Positions 1-12,756 of a DNA stretch of 64,000 nt are shown in pieces (within the stretch, counting starts at the first letter, position 1; each line of letters begins with the position of its first letter). The stretch is from assembly GCF_009914755.1 (NCBI RefSeq), contig NC_060931.1. One strand, 5' to 3'. The DNA is from the human T2T-CHM13v2.0 reference genome, Homo sapiens. The translations under genes and the position numbers were made by a program. The notes below the pieces were generated by a model. The model did not search any database and was not told where the DNA came from. It saw only the letters and a list, made by a program, of their open reading frames with translations.

Positions 1-285
1 TCACAGTTCCATGTGGCTGGGGAGGCCTTGCAAACATGGCAGAAGATGAACGAAGAGCAAAGGTACTTCTTACATGGTGGTGGGCAAGAGCACATGTGCA
101 GGGGAACTCCCCTTTATAAAACCATCAGGTCTCATCAGACTTATTCACTGTCATGAGAACAGCACAGGAATGACCCGTCCCCATGATTCAATTATGTCCC
201 ACTGGGTCCCTCCCACAACATGTGGGAATTATGGGAGCTACAATTCAAGATGAGATTTGGGTGGGGACACAGACAAACCATATCA
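1..285 (-). mobile_element. THE1-family MaLR LTR (cut by window start)
   Basis: Ends ...GATGAGATTTGGGTGGGGACACAGACAAACCATATCA, the reverse complement of the THE1 LTR 5' end. Confidence 0.9.
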
Positions 286-1269
286 CAGGTTATCTGTGCA
301 TCAGAGATTCTCCTCATGGCCAAGGTTATATTTGCTCTAGGTGTTGAAGAATAGGTAGAATTTCCATATGCGTGGATGTGAGTAGGATATTCTAGACTAT
401 AAACAAAAAGTAGGGGTTTCAACCAGTGCCAACTGATACTTTATACTGCCTGGGCATGCCAGGAAAGGTGGAAGTCAATGCATTCCAAGGACTGAGGGGT
501 TCCTGGGTGGTCTTTTATCTTAAGAGGTGAAGGAATGAGACATGGCGAGCCCTAACCATCCAGTTGGAGTCATGATGAGATCACAACTGCATAACTAGAA
601 AGATTGGTCTGCAGGACCTATAAGAGATATTGAGTGGAGAGACTTAGGGTTGGGAAGGTGTAAGGAGGACATTGAGAAAGTTCAGGTCAGGGGTCATTAT
701 GTCTTTGACTAGGGCTGTAACCAAGGAACTTGAACGTATGAAATAGTGGCTGTAGAACTTGCATGTAGGAGGTACTTGGGGCTGGCAATTGGCTTGGAGG
801 GATGCCTAGAAGACTTGGCTTGAAATGGGTGTGCAGAGCCAGATCAGGGCTCTAACTCAGATTCAACATCTTGGTTATTTACAGAAGCTGTGTATGTGTA
901 TGGCAGGGAGTGCTCATGGAGAGATAATGAGAGGTAGAGTAAATTACCCCCAAGATACACTTTTAGCATTTTCACTAGAAAAGAGGGTGGAGATGAGTTT
1001 GAAATCAAAATCGTTATCACCTTCAATGTCTTAATTAGGTTTCAGACTTCTCTTTCTTCCCTTGTAAAATGAGAAGAATCTAATGGATTTTATGCAATGT
1101 TACTTTAAACATTATGAATCTATGGATTTCATGCTTGTTTCCCTTGAGAGTCTGTCAATTCTGTGGTTTGATTTGTAAGAGTAGATCTTGCCAATTTTTG
1201 TCATTTTCATGGTTGCTACCAGAGGCTTCAGGAAGCCAGAGGATGGTTGTAGCTGTAGTTTTGAGGTGG

Positions 1270-1613
1270 TTTTTCTTTTCTTTTTTTAATTTTAATTTTA
1301 ATTTTATTTATTTATTTATTATTATTATTATTTTTGACATGAAGTCTTGCCCTGTCACCCAGGCTGGAGTACAACTGCGTGACCTCAGCTTAATGCAAAC
1401 TCTGCCTCCCGGGTTCAAGCAGTTCTCCTGCCTCGGCCTCCCAAATAGCTGGGACTACAGGAGCGTACAACCACGCCTGGCTAATTTTTTTATTTTTAGC
1501 AGAGATGGGGTTTCACCGTGTTAGCCAGGATGATCTCAATCTGACCTTGTGATCCGCCCACCTCAGCCTACCAAAGTGCTGGGATTACAGGCATGAGCCA
1601 CCGTACCTGGCCG
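1270..1613 (-). mobile_element. Alu (S-like) with T-rich tail
   Basis: Dimeric Alu, reverse orientation. Confidence 0.93.
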
Positions 1614-1757
1614 CTTTGAGGTGGATTTTCTAAGCATAACTTGCTGGGCTGTGCTTCCATAACCTCTATTTACACAGAATTTCTTCTATGTCCCTAAAAT
1701 TCCTGGTGTCTCTGTGGAATACATAGTCTGTTTTATATTCCAAATTAAATTAGAGTC

Positions 1758-2205
1758 TGCTGTGGTTTGAATATTTTTCCTTTCCAAAACTCATGTGAAA
1801 TGGAGACATTTAATTCCAGTGTGGCAGTATTGAGGGGAGGGGACCTTTAAGAGATGATTAAATCATAAGGGCTCTGCTCTCATGAACAGATCAATCAATT
1901 CATGGATTAATGGTTTAATGGGTCAATAGATTAATGGGTTATCATGGGAGAGGAACTGATGGCTTTATAAGAAGAGGAGGATGGGAGACCTGAGCTAGGA
2001 TGTTAGCACACTAAGCCCCCTCTCCACTTGCCCTCTGATGCCTTGGGACTCTGAAGAGAGTCCCCACTGTCAACAAGGCACTCACCAGATGTAGACTCTC
2101 AATCTTGGCCTTCTCAGCCTCCATCATTATAAGAACTAAATTTATTTTCATATAACTTACTCAGTTTCAGATATTCTCTTATAGGCAACAGAAAATGGAC
2201 TACAA
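1758..2205 (+). mobile_element. MSTD-like MaLR LTR
   Basis: Starts TGCTGTGGTTTGAAT, has repeated GATTAATGG blocks, ends GCAACAGAAAATGGACTA. Confidence 0.8.
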
Positions 2206-3602
2206 GTGGTTGCCACATAGAATGCACATGACCCATTGTGAATAATATTTCATCCATATTTTTCCCCGGCAAATAATGTATAAGACAAGAGAAGTTTGTA
2301 TTGTATGCTGATAATTTCAAAGTAACCTGTTGCCAGTTCTGGAAGTTAAGGGGCAGGGAGGTGCTCTATAAGATTTTTAAATTTGTAGGATCCTGTCCAA
2401 GACAGATTTTAAGCTTTATGTATGTCTTATGTATGTCTGGAGAGGGCAGGTGAAAGGTATAAACCTACGGATATCCTTCAATGTTTTTCTTATGAAAATA
2501 CTTAGACATACAGAGAAGTTGAAATAATTATACAGTGAATATCCATATACCCACCATCTGGATTCTACTGTTAACATTTTACTGCATTTTCATTTTCACA
2601 TCTCTATCCATCTACTTGTTCATCAATCTAGCTTATCTTTTTGTACAATATAAATTGCAGATATTAGAATGCTTCTGCCTAAATATTTTAAGCTTGCTGA
2701 TTTTAATAACCTAATAATAAGAATTGATAACTTTGTTGAGTGCTTACTGTATTTCAGGCACTGCGCTAGATACTTTACACTTTATTACCTCATTTCCTTC
2801 TCACAATAATCCACAAAGCTAATATAATCTCCATTTGTCTCTTATCTCCATTGGACAGATGTGGTTTGAACCCAGGTCTGCATGATTCTCAAGTCATACT
2901 TCAACAAACACAATAAAACTCATATCAAATGTTGGACAGCATTACTTGGCATTATTGGGTTGCAAAACTCCAAGCCAGTTACAGGATTAGGTTTGATTCT
3001 AGCCTGGAAATAGGCTTATCACCTAAGTCGAGGATGGTTATAGACAAGACCTATGTTTAAAATGAACTGAAGAGGAAAAGTAACAAAAACAGACTAAGAC
3101 CCAGAGTCCCAGGGAATCTGAGGCCATAATTAGCAAGGACTGATACAGGGTAAATACTAAGAAATTAGACATATATGTTGGAAGTTTAGGTGAGGAACAG
3201 AGTCTCTTGGTATCCTTTTTCCTCTCTCCTCCACTCACTTGTAGTTCCAGTAATCTGTGCCTTAAATCTAAATGACATTCATAAGTAGAACAAGTGATGC
3301 CACCATTATGATCAATAGGCATGTACCAAGATCAAGCTTCCAGATCAAAAAAGTATAAGGCCTTTGAGACTGATCCTTCAGTAGAGAGATTTCATGTGGT
3401 AGAGAAAGTGATAGTTGTCTTCATACTCTTAGGCAACCCCTCACCATCCCCTACATCTTCCTAATTTCCTTGCAGTTAGACAGATTGGCGTAAGAGTGGT
3501 TTTGGCAAATGGGCTATGAGTGGGAGTCATGTCATCACTTCCAGGCTAATGTGTTTAAGAGATGGCACAGAACTGCCCAAGAGCCTCTTCCCTTGCCACA
3601 TA

Positions 3603-4712
3603 TGAGAGGACTTCAAAATCTGGAAAAATGGAAATTAAATTAAATGGAATTAAAAGTGTAAAAATATAAACTTCATTTCTTTACATAAGCTCCATCAAGT
3701 TCAAGACACTTTTGTAAGTGTTGAGACCAGTACTTTAGCTCATCTCTGAAGAACCAAGAGTCTTGAAAATTTAACCATGTCAATGTAATCTTTTTTACAT
3801 TATTATCTGAAGAAAAATGGGTGCCCTTCATAGAATTTTTTAAGATTGGGAAACAAAAAGAAGTCAGAAGGGGCCAAGTCAGGACTGTTACATGAAGCCT
3901 AATGATTTTCTATTGAGACTCTTGCAAAATTGGCCGTGTTTGATGAGAGGAGTGAGCAGAAGCATTGTCGTGGTGGAGAGAAACTCACACTTCCACCTCT
4001 TCGTAGCCATTGCTTTGATTTTGCTTTGTCTTCAGGATCGTACTGGTAAAGCCGTGTTTCATCTCTTATTACAATTCTTTGAAGAAATATTTCAGGATCT
4101 TGATCACACTTATTTGAAATTTCTATTGAAATCACTGCCCTTGTCTGCAGCTTATCTAAGTGCAATCACTTTGACACCCATCCAGTGGAAAGTTTGCTTA
4201 ACTTTAATTTTTCAGTCAGAATTGTGTAAACTGAACCAGTTGAGATGTTCATGGTATCAGCTATTGTTTCTGCTGTTATGTGTGGCTCCTTTTCAATGAA
4301 GGCACAAACAAGATTAATCTTTTTTTTGCAAATCGATGTGGATGATCTGCCATTGCAGGCTTCATTTTCATCATCTCATCTTTTCTTAAAATGATGTATC
4401 TATTTGTAGACTGATGATTTCTTTGGGGCATTTTCCCCATAAACTTTTCGTAAAACATCAATGATTTTGCCATTCTTCCACCCAAGCTTCACCATAAACT
4501 GTATATTTGCTCCTTCTTCAATTTTAACAGAACTAATGTTGCTCTGATAGAGGCTCTTTTCAGGATGATTTATCTTTAGTGCCTCAAAATAGATCCTGTT
4601 CAGATATGTCATAACAAGTCAGTATGAGTTTATTTTGATGCAAAACAAAATAAAATCTGTGCATAATTTTTCCATAATATGTATTTTCTGTGAACCTTTT
4701 GAAGACACTTCA
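3603..4712 (-). mobile_element. Hsmar2 mariner DNA transposon, internally deleted
   Basis: Degenerate TIRs at both ends, each flanked by TA; minus-strand peptides KIEEGANIQFMVKLGWKNG and RIVIRDETRLYQYDPEDKAKSKQW match Hsmar2 transposase. Confidence 0.93.
3700..4537 (-). pseudogene. Decayed Hsmar2 (DD34D) transposase, left boundary approximate
   Basis: Start codon appears mutated to ATT; frameshifts; DET, HHDNA and SPDLAPSDFFLF motifs readable on the minus strand. Confidence 0.85.
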
Positions 4713-5180
4713 TATACCATATAACCCTGAGTTGGTGGAGCCACAAAAAGGAATCCCTGAGTCACTGCTTAGTCACTGGGCTGCCTTGGAGAGTTGATGA
4801 GACCTCAGCAAACTTTGTGTAAATAAAGAAATGAACGCTTACATTTTAACTACCGGAACTTGGAGGTTTGTTTGTTACTGCAACAAAGGTTAGCTTTATT
4901 GACTAATGCACTGTAACAATACAATGGATAATGAATGCCAAGAGGTGGAAGAATAATCAGGAGTAGAGAGGGAAAACTTTGTAATGAGCTAGAGAATTAA
5001 AAATATGAGAAGGTTTATACAAATAGGAAGGAGGGAAATTCAATTAGAAGGATAATGGGAAAAGAGGTACAGAGGTTGTAACATAAGTCAGTGTTTGCTG
5101 TGGGCTACCAGGCTGCAGCTACAGACGAGTATCATAAACCATTCCATGCAGTTGCTTATCCCTTATTAAAAATCTAGAGA

Positions 5181-5400
5181 GGGCCAGGTGTGGTGGCTTA
5201 TACCTCTCATCCCAGCAATTTGGGAGGCCAAGACGGGAAGACTGCAGTAGCTCAGGAGTTTGAGACCAGCCTGGGAAACAGCAAGGCCCCATCTCTTCAA
5301 AAATAAAAATTAAAAAAAAAAACTAGCCAGTCGTGGTGGCATCACTGCACTCCAGCCTGGGTGATAGAGTGAGACTCTGTCTCGAAAAAAAAAAAAAAGA
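5181..5400 (+). mobile_element. Alu (J-like) with internal deletion in the right arm
   Basis: Left arm, then GTGGTGGCATCACTGCACTCCAGCC and A-tail. Confidence 0.85.
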
Positions 5401-5954
5401 AAATGTAGACAGTAATACCATGATCTTTCTAGGTGCTGATTTTCTTCATTCCCAGACATCTACTTTTGAAACTCCTACTTTAAATCCAGTCTGTCTTGTT
5501 CTAACATAAGGTCTTCTTGTTCTTAGAATAAAAAATACAGTTGCTCACGATCACCCATAAAATATTGCTTCATTAACTTGAAGACTGTAATTAACTACGT
5601 ATCAGCCTGTGGCTCCAGGCAAATATCCATAATTCCTTTAGTCTTTCCTTACAGTCTGCTTCTAACCTGTTAATCATTTCCCATGTCCTCTTACTATCAT
5701 CAGCAGAAGGAAAAGAAAAACAAAAAGCCCCTTAAATAAAAGCTAATCACACATGACATTCTGTTAAACACTTTGCAGATGCTTCCATATTAAACAATAT
5801 CAGATTTACACACAAGCACACACAAGCACAGGGACGTGTGTGTGTGTGTGTGGGTGTGAACAGACTCTATTTTTAAAGATAGATTAGCAGTCTATATAAG
5901 CAAGAAAAAGAGATTATTTATTTCAAAAAAGGTTTAATGTGATTATTTTGTCTT

Positions 5955-6259
5955 TTCCTTTTTTTTCTTATAGAGACAGGATCCCAGTCCTTCACCCAGA
6001 CTAGAGTACAGTGCTGTGATCATAGCTCACAGCAGCCTTGAACTCCTGGGCTCAAGCAATTCTCCTGCCTGAGCTTCCCAAGTAGCTGGGACTGTAGTTG
6101 TGCACTATTTCACCAGGCTAATTATTATTTTTTTGTGGAGATGGGATTTTCCTATGTTGCCCAGGCTGGTCTTGAACTCCTGGTCCCAAGCAAACCTCCT
6201 GGCTCAGCCTCTCAAAGTGCTGGGGTTGCAGGCACGAACACCTAAAACTGCACCCAGCC
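5955..6259 (-). mobile_element. AluJ-like
   Basis: GATCATAGCTCACAGCAGCCTTGAACTCCTGGGCTCAAGC. Confidence 0.9.
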
Positions 6260-6317
6260 AATATGTGATTATTTCAAAAAGCAAACCCTCCTAGGTACCT
6301 TTAAAAATGAGATTTAA

Positions 6318-6598
6318 GGCCAGGAGTGGTGGCTTATGTCTGTAATCCCAGCACTTTGGGAGGCTGAGGCGGGTAGATCACTTAAGATTAGGAGTTCGAG
6401 ACCAGTCTGGCCAACATGGTGAAACTTTGTCTCTACTAAAAATACAAAACTTAGCTGGGTGTGGCGGCACATGCCTGTAATCCCAGCTACTCGGGAGTCT
6501 GAGGCAGAAGAATCACTTGAACTTAGGAGGTGGAGGTTGCAGTGAGCTGAGATCACGCCACTGCACTTCAGCCTGGCTGACAGTGTGAGACTCTGTCT
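6318..6598 (+). mobile_element. AluS-like
   Basis: Full dimer; tail replaced by a microsatellite. Confidence 0.93.
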
Positions 6599-6623
6599 CT
6601 CTCTCTCTCTGTCTCTCTCTCTG

Positions 6624-6670
<47 letters not shown>
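6593..6670. repeat. Compound (TC)n(CA)n microsatellite
   Basis: Directly visible. Confidence 0.97.
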
Positions 6671-6671
<1 letters not shown>

Positions 6672-8219
6672 GAGATTTAGTTTATCCTCCTTTAAAAATG
6701 CTTATTGTTGCTTACTTTGCCAAGGTGTTGACTGCAAATACAACTCTGTTTGAAGAAGGAGTTCCCTGATCTCTGAAACCAATTTTATGGAATATAATTA
6801 TAGCAAAACAAAAAATTGAAGATATAGGAGAAGAAAAGGGATGCCTAGACTTTAATCTATTAAGGGTGATGAGATTTATCTGGAAGAGGAGAAATCAAAG
6901 CTGCTATTAGGAAAAGAGAGGTGAGGTGGTTGCCAGGAGAAGGGAGTTTATTTCTCTCAAATAGAGGAAGATGAATGAATGAAAAGTGGAGGCAGTTGAA
7001 GGGCAAGAAAGGTTCTCTATATAAGCATATGATCGTTACTATATACTACCTGGTATGGTGTATTTGTCAGGACAAGCTGGCCAATGTGGCAGTAACAAGC
7101 TCCTGGCTTGCAGGAGTCTTGACCTTGCCTAGGGACTAGATCCAAGGGCCTTTAGCACCCTAGTATAATGTATTTAAGAATCACCTGGTTAAGTTTTTTT
7201 TTTTTACCACCCCATGAATTCTGATCCTTTGGTTTAGGGGTGGGCCCATGGATTCAGTTGAACAAAACTCCAGGTGACTGACTTTTTTGCTGGTGCCCCA
7301 AGGAACAGAAGGATAAGCAGAAGTTGGAAATAACAATGGGGCTGGGCTTTATGGCTGCAGTACTTTTTCTGAGCAAGAAAGAAGTGTCTCTGTATCACTG
7401 GGGACAATGACACCTGCCAGGATAGTGGTGGCTCCAGCAATGAATGAAGTCTTGGGAAGCAAACAGGGGTAGAATGCTCTGGAAATGGCATCCACATGAA
7501 TCAGTGACCCCCTCCACTTTACGTAGACTGTAAACTCCAAGAGGGTAGAAGGTGACATGGCCTGGGTCACTGTTACATCCTAATGCCTACCACAGTGCCA
7601 GCGCATGGTAAGTGTGCAATAAACATCGCTGAATTGAAGTGGAAAATCATCCAGGGACCTGGGAACTCGGGACAAATGTGAAAAGAGGGAGGAAACGTCA
7701 GAGGAAGGAATTCACTGGGGAGGAATGTTCCAACCATTCTGTGAGTAGAACGAGCTGTGGAATTAACTGCTTTGCTTTCGTTTTATGCCATCTCTACTAG
7801 TAAGCCTGCAATGGCCAAGAGAAACACCCTTTTCCCAAAAGCCAGAAGGAACAGATTATGTGTTGACTTTAAAAGAAAAGTTAGAAAAGTGAGTTTTGCC
7901 AAATTGCTTGAATTGGCCAAGTTCCCTTAGCTTCCCCAGGTCCTAATCAACAATGGGTCCCCTGGGAACCTCCTCTCCCAGCAATCGATGACTTGACTCT
8001 AGATTTGGTCTTTCCAATGCTCATTTTTAATCAATGAATTTGGCCCCCCATACCCCAAACAACTGTTTTAAGGCAGTGGATAATTCTGTCATCACAAAGT
8101 GGCCAGTATATAGTTCCATTAAAGATTGGAACCAAAGATACCCTGAAATATGACTGTTTAACCAAAATTTCCAATTGTCATCTGGTGAATTCCTCTATGT
8201 ACGTGCAAAAGTTAAGCAT

Positions 8220-8978
8220 TACGATGGTGAATATTGAGTGTCAACTTGATTGGATTGAAGGATGCAAAGTATTATTCCTAGGTGTGTCTGTGAGGGTGTT
8301 GCCAAAAGAGAATAACATTTGAGTTTGGCCGGATGCAGTGGCTCACACCTGTAATCCCAGCACTTTGGGAGGCTGAGGTGGGTGGATCATGAGGTCAGGA
8401 GATCGGGACCATCCTGGCTAACATGGTGAAACTCCATCTCTACTAAAAAAAAATACAAAAAATTAGCTGGGTGTGGTGGCACACGCATGTAGTCACAGCT
8501 ACTCAGGAGGATGAGGCAGGAGAATCGCTTGAACCCAGGAGGTGAGGCAGAGGTTGCAGTGAACTGAGATCACGCCACTGCACTCCAGCCTGGGCAACAG
8601 AGCAAGACTGTCTCAAAAAAAAAAAAAAAATTTGAGTCAGTAGACTAGGAAAGGCAGACCCACCCTCAATCTGGATGGGCACCATCTAGTCAGCTGTGAG
8701 TGGCCAGAATACAAAGCAGGCAGAAGAATATGGAAAGAGTAGACTGGCTTAGCCTCCCAACCTACATCTTTCTTCTGTGCTGGATGCTTCCTGCCCTCGA
8801 ACATCAGACTCCAAGTTCTTCAGCCTCGGGACTCAGATTGGCTTCCTTGATCCTCAGCTTGCAGACACACTATTGTGGGACTTTGTGATCCTGTGAGTCA
8901 ATACTCCTTAATAAACTACCCTTTATATATACATCTATCCTACCAGCTCTGTCCCTCTAGGGAACCCTCACTAATACA
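8220..8978 (+). mobile_element. MLT2A (HERV-L) solo LTR, MLT2A1-like, interrupted by an Alu
   Basis: GAGTGTCAACTTGATTGGATTGAAGG...CTAATACA; 5-bp TSD AGCAT at 8215-8219 and 8979-8983. Confidence 0.9.
8327..8630 (+). mobile_element. Alu (Sc-like) inside MLT2A
   Basis: Full dimer; flanking ATTTGAGT duplication. Confidence 0.93.
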
Positions 8979-9569
8979 AGCATATAGCACTAAACTTCTA
9001 TGGCCATCTTTGTAGAGATGATCTTTGTCTTTGAAGCAGAGGTCATCCATTCTGCTGAATATGCAATGCACAGAAGTTAGCAAGGTTGAATGGAAAAGAC
9101 AAGGCCATCCACTCTTAAACCACACATTAATCCAGCCTTAGGCTCACACGATTACTCATTCCTCTCATTTGGGCTTATTAAGTAATTACTACGTAAATTA
9201 TTAGGATAATGTAATATGCATGACTTTAAGGAATGACAAATTGTAGCTAACTTTTTAAATTTGTTGCCATAGTTACATTTCTAGAAATTCTAAATTGTTC
9301 TTCTTCCCGTGTATAAATTACTGCCACCCTGCTATTTGTTTAGCTTTGATTGGTGGGATGGTAAATGCATGCCAGTAAAAGGACTGCAAGTCTAGTGTGG
9401 AAAGCTTTGCTCTGATTTCTCCTTCTATGTCAAGTGTGATGTCCATCTGGGTCAAGGGTCTGAGTGACCTCAATCAGAAGGTGAGAAAGGTCTTGAAAGA
9501 TAAATCAGAATTAGGCAGCCCGTCTTCATCTAGCGGTACCTTAATGCTACCTTCTTTCCTTTGGGCCAC

Positions 9570-10128
9570 TGTGATGGTTAATACTGAAGGTCAACTTCAT
9601 TGGATTGAAGGATGCAAAGTGTTGTTCCTGGATGTGTCTGTGAGGGTGCTGCCCAGGGAGATTAACATTTGAGTCAGTGGACTGGGACAGGCAGACTCAC
9701 CCTCAATCTGAGTGGGCGCCATCTAATAAGCTGCCAGCACGGCTAAAATAAAGCAGGCAGCAGGAGAACGTGGAATGACTTGACTTGTTGAGTCATCCAG
9801 CCTTTATCTTTCTCCTGTGCTGGATGCTTCCTGCCCTTGAACATCAGACTCCAAGTTGTTTAGCTTTTGGACTCTTGGACTTACACCACTGGTTTGCCAG
9901 GGGCTCACGGGCCTTTGGCCACAGACTGAAGGCTGTACTGTGGGCTTCCCTACTTTCGAGGTTTCAGGAGTTAGACTGATCCACCAATGACTTCCTTGCT
10001 CCTCAACTTTCAGACAGCCTGTTGTGGGACTTTACCTTGTGATTGTGTGAGCCAATTCTTAATAAACTCCCTTTATAGATACATGTATCCTATTAGTTCT
10101 GTCCCTCTAGAGAACCCTGACTCATACA
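9570..10128 (+). mobile_element. MLT2A (HERV-L) solo LTR, MLT2A2-like
   Basis: TGTGATGGTTAATACTG...CTCATACA; TSD GCCAC at 9565-9569 and 10129-10133. Confidence 0.9.
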
Positions 10129-10574
10129 GCCACCGAGTTGGTATTTAACCAGAAGCAAGAGGCTATTGTGGAAACCCAGCATCATTTGCTCCCACAAAAA
10201 CTAAAGAAAGATAATCTCTGCACCGTTGGATTAGGTGTCAAGTAAAGGTGTGAATATCTCTTTTTGCTTTCTATAAAATATTAAAGGACGTATTAGTGAC
10301 ATCTGTGCCAAAAGGTAGATTTGCCAGAATACAAGGGAAGGTATGAGGTTGGAGTTTTCTAACTATCTGCCTGAGGATACAAGACTCATTTTTATCACTA
10401 CATATTTTTTCTATCCTATCTTTTGAAGGATGAGCAAAAATATATTGGACATTATGGGGAAAGTACAAACAAAACAAAAGCAAGAATGAGAAATCTCATT
10501 TGAAAAAGCAGAACTCAAGGTAAAAGGCGTTAGAAACAGTCAAGTTCAAGGCAAATACATTAAATAATATAAAG

Positions 10575-11406
10575 CGGCACTCCCCAGCCATTTTGGTACC
10601 AGGAACTGGTTTTGTGGAAGATGATTTTTCCACGGACTGGTGGGAAAATGGTTTTGGGATGATTCAAGTACATTACAGATATTGTGCACTTTATTTCCAT
10701 TATTATTATATTGTAATATCTAATGAAATAATTATACAACTCACCATAATGTAGAGTCAGTGGGGCCGGGCACGGTGGCTCACGCCCGTAATCCCGGCAC
10801 TTTGAGAGGCTGAGGGGGGCCGATCACGAGGTCAGGAGATCGAGACCATCCTGGCTAACACGGTGAAACCCCGTCTCTACTAAAATTACAAAAAATTAGC
10901 CTGGCGTGGTGGCGGGCGCCTGTAGTCCCACCTATTCTGGAGGCTGAGGCAGAGAATCACCTGAGCTGGGGAGGCGGAGGTTGCAGTGAGCCGAGATCGC
11001 ACCGTTGCACTCCAGCTTGGGCGACAGAGCGAGACTCCGTCTCAAAAAGAAAAAAAGAAAAAGAAAAAAAAAGAATCAGTGGGACACCTGAGCTTGTTTT
11101 CCTGCAGGTAGACGGTACCATCTGAGGGTGATGGGAGACAGTGAAAGGTCATCAGGCGTTAGATTCTCGTAAGGAGTGTGCAACCTAGATCCCTTGTATG
11201 CACAGTTCACAACAGGGTTGGCGCTCCTATGAGAATCTAATGCCCTCACTGATCTGACAGGGGACAGAGCTAAGGCAGTCATGTGAGCGATGTGGAGAGG
11301 CTATAACACAAATGAAGCTTCGCTCACTTACCAACTGCTCACCTCCTATTGTGTGGCCCAGTTCCTAACAGACCACGGACCAGGTACCAGGGATTGGGAA
11401 CCCCGG
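10575..11406. mobile_element. MER1A hAT-Charlie element interrupted by AluY
   Basis: MER1-type termini; perfect 8-bp TSD ATATAAAG at 10567-10574 and 11407-11414. Confidence 0.88.
10764..11073 (+). mobile_element. AluY-like (CpG-rich)
   Basis: GATCGAGACCATCCTGGCTAACACGGTG; TCAGTGG duplicated on both flanks. Confidence 0.93.
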
Positions 11407-11493
11407 ATATAAAGGCACATGTCATTTTCATAATAAGTATAATATTGAATAGCATCAAATATATACAATCACAGCTATTAGAAATAGAAAAGA

Positions 11494-11832
11494 GGCCAGG
11501 TGAGGTGGCTCACGCCTGTAATCCCAGCACTTTAGGAGGCTGAGGCGGGCAGATCACCTGAGGTGGGGAGTTCCGGACCAGCCTGACCAACATGGAGAAA
11601 CCTCGTCTCTGTGGAAAATACAAAATTAGCCAGGAGTGGTGGCAGGCACCTGTAATCCCAGCTACTGGGCAGGCTGAGGCATGGGAATCGCTTGAACCCG
11701 GGAGTCGGAGTTTGCGGTGAGCTGAGATCACGCCATCGCATTGCACTCCAGCCTGGGCAACAAGAGTGAAATTTCATCTCAAAAAAAAAAAAAACAACAA
11801 AAAACAAACAAACAAAAAAGAAACAGAAAAAA
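11494..11832 (+). mobile_element. AluSp-like
   Basis: ACCAACATGGAGAAACC diagnostic; A-rich tail. Confidence 0.92.
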
Positions 11833-11949
11833 AATTACCAGAAAAACATTGTGAAAGAAGATGCAACTCCTTAAGCATTTCTGTGGTTTAAGATTAAATA
11901 CAGTATTTGAATACTAAAATAATTAAGATTGGAATCATTGATATCTATG

Positions 11950-12470
11950 TCTATCTATCCACTTCTGTCACATCTCTATGTATCTGTAATGTAAACCTTT
12001 CCAATCTACAGAGAATTAATTTCTGATTAAGCGTTCATGAAAGAGTTGGCTGTATACCAGGCCTTGAGGAAAACGTAATAAATTTCAAAAAGCAGAAATT
12101 GTAGGGTTCAGATTTTCTGATCACAAAGCAAATAATAATAATGATTATAAATGCTTAAAATACCCACTTGCTTAGAAATTAAAACAAAAACTATAATAAG
12201 TTTTTGAGTCCAAGAGGAAATCAGAGCCATAATTATAGGCCATTTAAAAAAATAATGACAATGAAACAGTGTCTATCAACTCTTACGGAATGCTGTTAAA
12301 GTAGAAGCGAGAGATAAGTGTACACTTGTGATCACTTAAATTTTTAAACAAGAGAGAAGGTAAATAAACAAACCGCACATTCAACCCAAGAAATCAGAAA
12401 CTCCCATCCCAGCACTTACAAGAAGGAAGTAAATAAACAAACTGCTTATTCAACTCAAGAAATCAGAAAC
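11950..12470 (+). mobile_element. Old L1 (L1M) ORF2 fragment
   Basis: A-rich, L1-like TTTTCTGATCACAAAGCAAATAA and CAACTCAAGAAATCAGAAA. Confidence 0.55.
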
Positions 12471-12472
12471 TC

Positions 12473-12756
12473 TAATCCCAGCACTTTGGGAGGTTGAGGC
12501 AGGAGGATCACTTGAGCCCAGGAGTTTGAGACTAGCCTGAGCAACACAGTGGGACTCTGTCACTACACAAAATTTTTTAAAAAATTAGCCTGTTTTGGTA
12601 GTGTGCTCCTATAGTCCCAGCTATTTGGGAAGCTGAGGTGGGAGGATGGCTTGAGCCCTGGAGGTCCAGGCTACAGTGAGCTATGATCGCACCACAGCCC
12701 TAAAGCCTGGGTGACAGAGCAAGACCCTGTCTCAAAAAACAAAAACAAAAAAAAAA
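12473..12756 (+). mobile_element. 5'-truncated AluJ-like
   Basis: Begins at TAATCCCAGCACTTTGGG; AAACTC on both flanks. Confidence 0.9.

Larger units (their letters stand above)
3460..4910 (+). mobile_element. Ancient ERVL/MaLR-type LTR (LTR16-like) split by Hsmar2
   Basis: CCTTGCAGTTAG...CACTTCCAGGC lies left of the mariner; TTTGTTACTGCAAC...GACTAATGCA LTR-type end lies right of it. Confidence 0.55.

Noticed and set aside
5805-5860. (CA)-rich/(GT)n quasi-palindrome
   Set aside because: Low-complexity complementarity; unremarkable without other evidence.
8220-10128. Two MLT2A LTRs as a deleted HERV-L provirus
   Set aside because: Each LTR has its own distinct TSD, they differ in subtype, and the spacer does not look like ERVL internal sequence.
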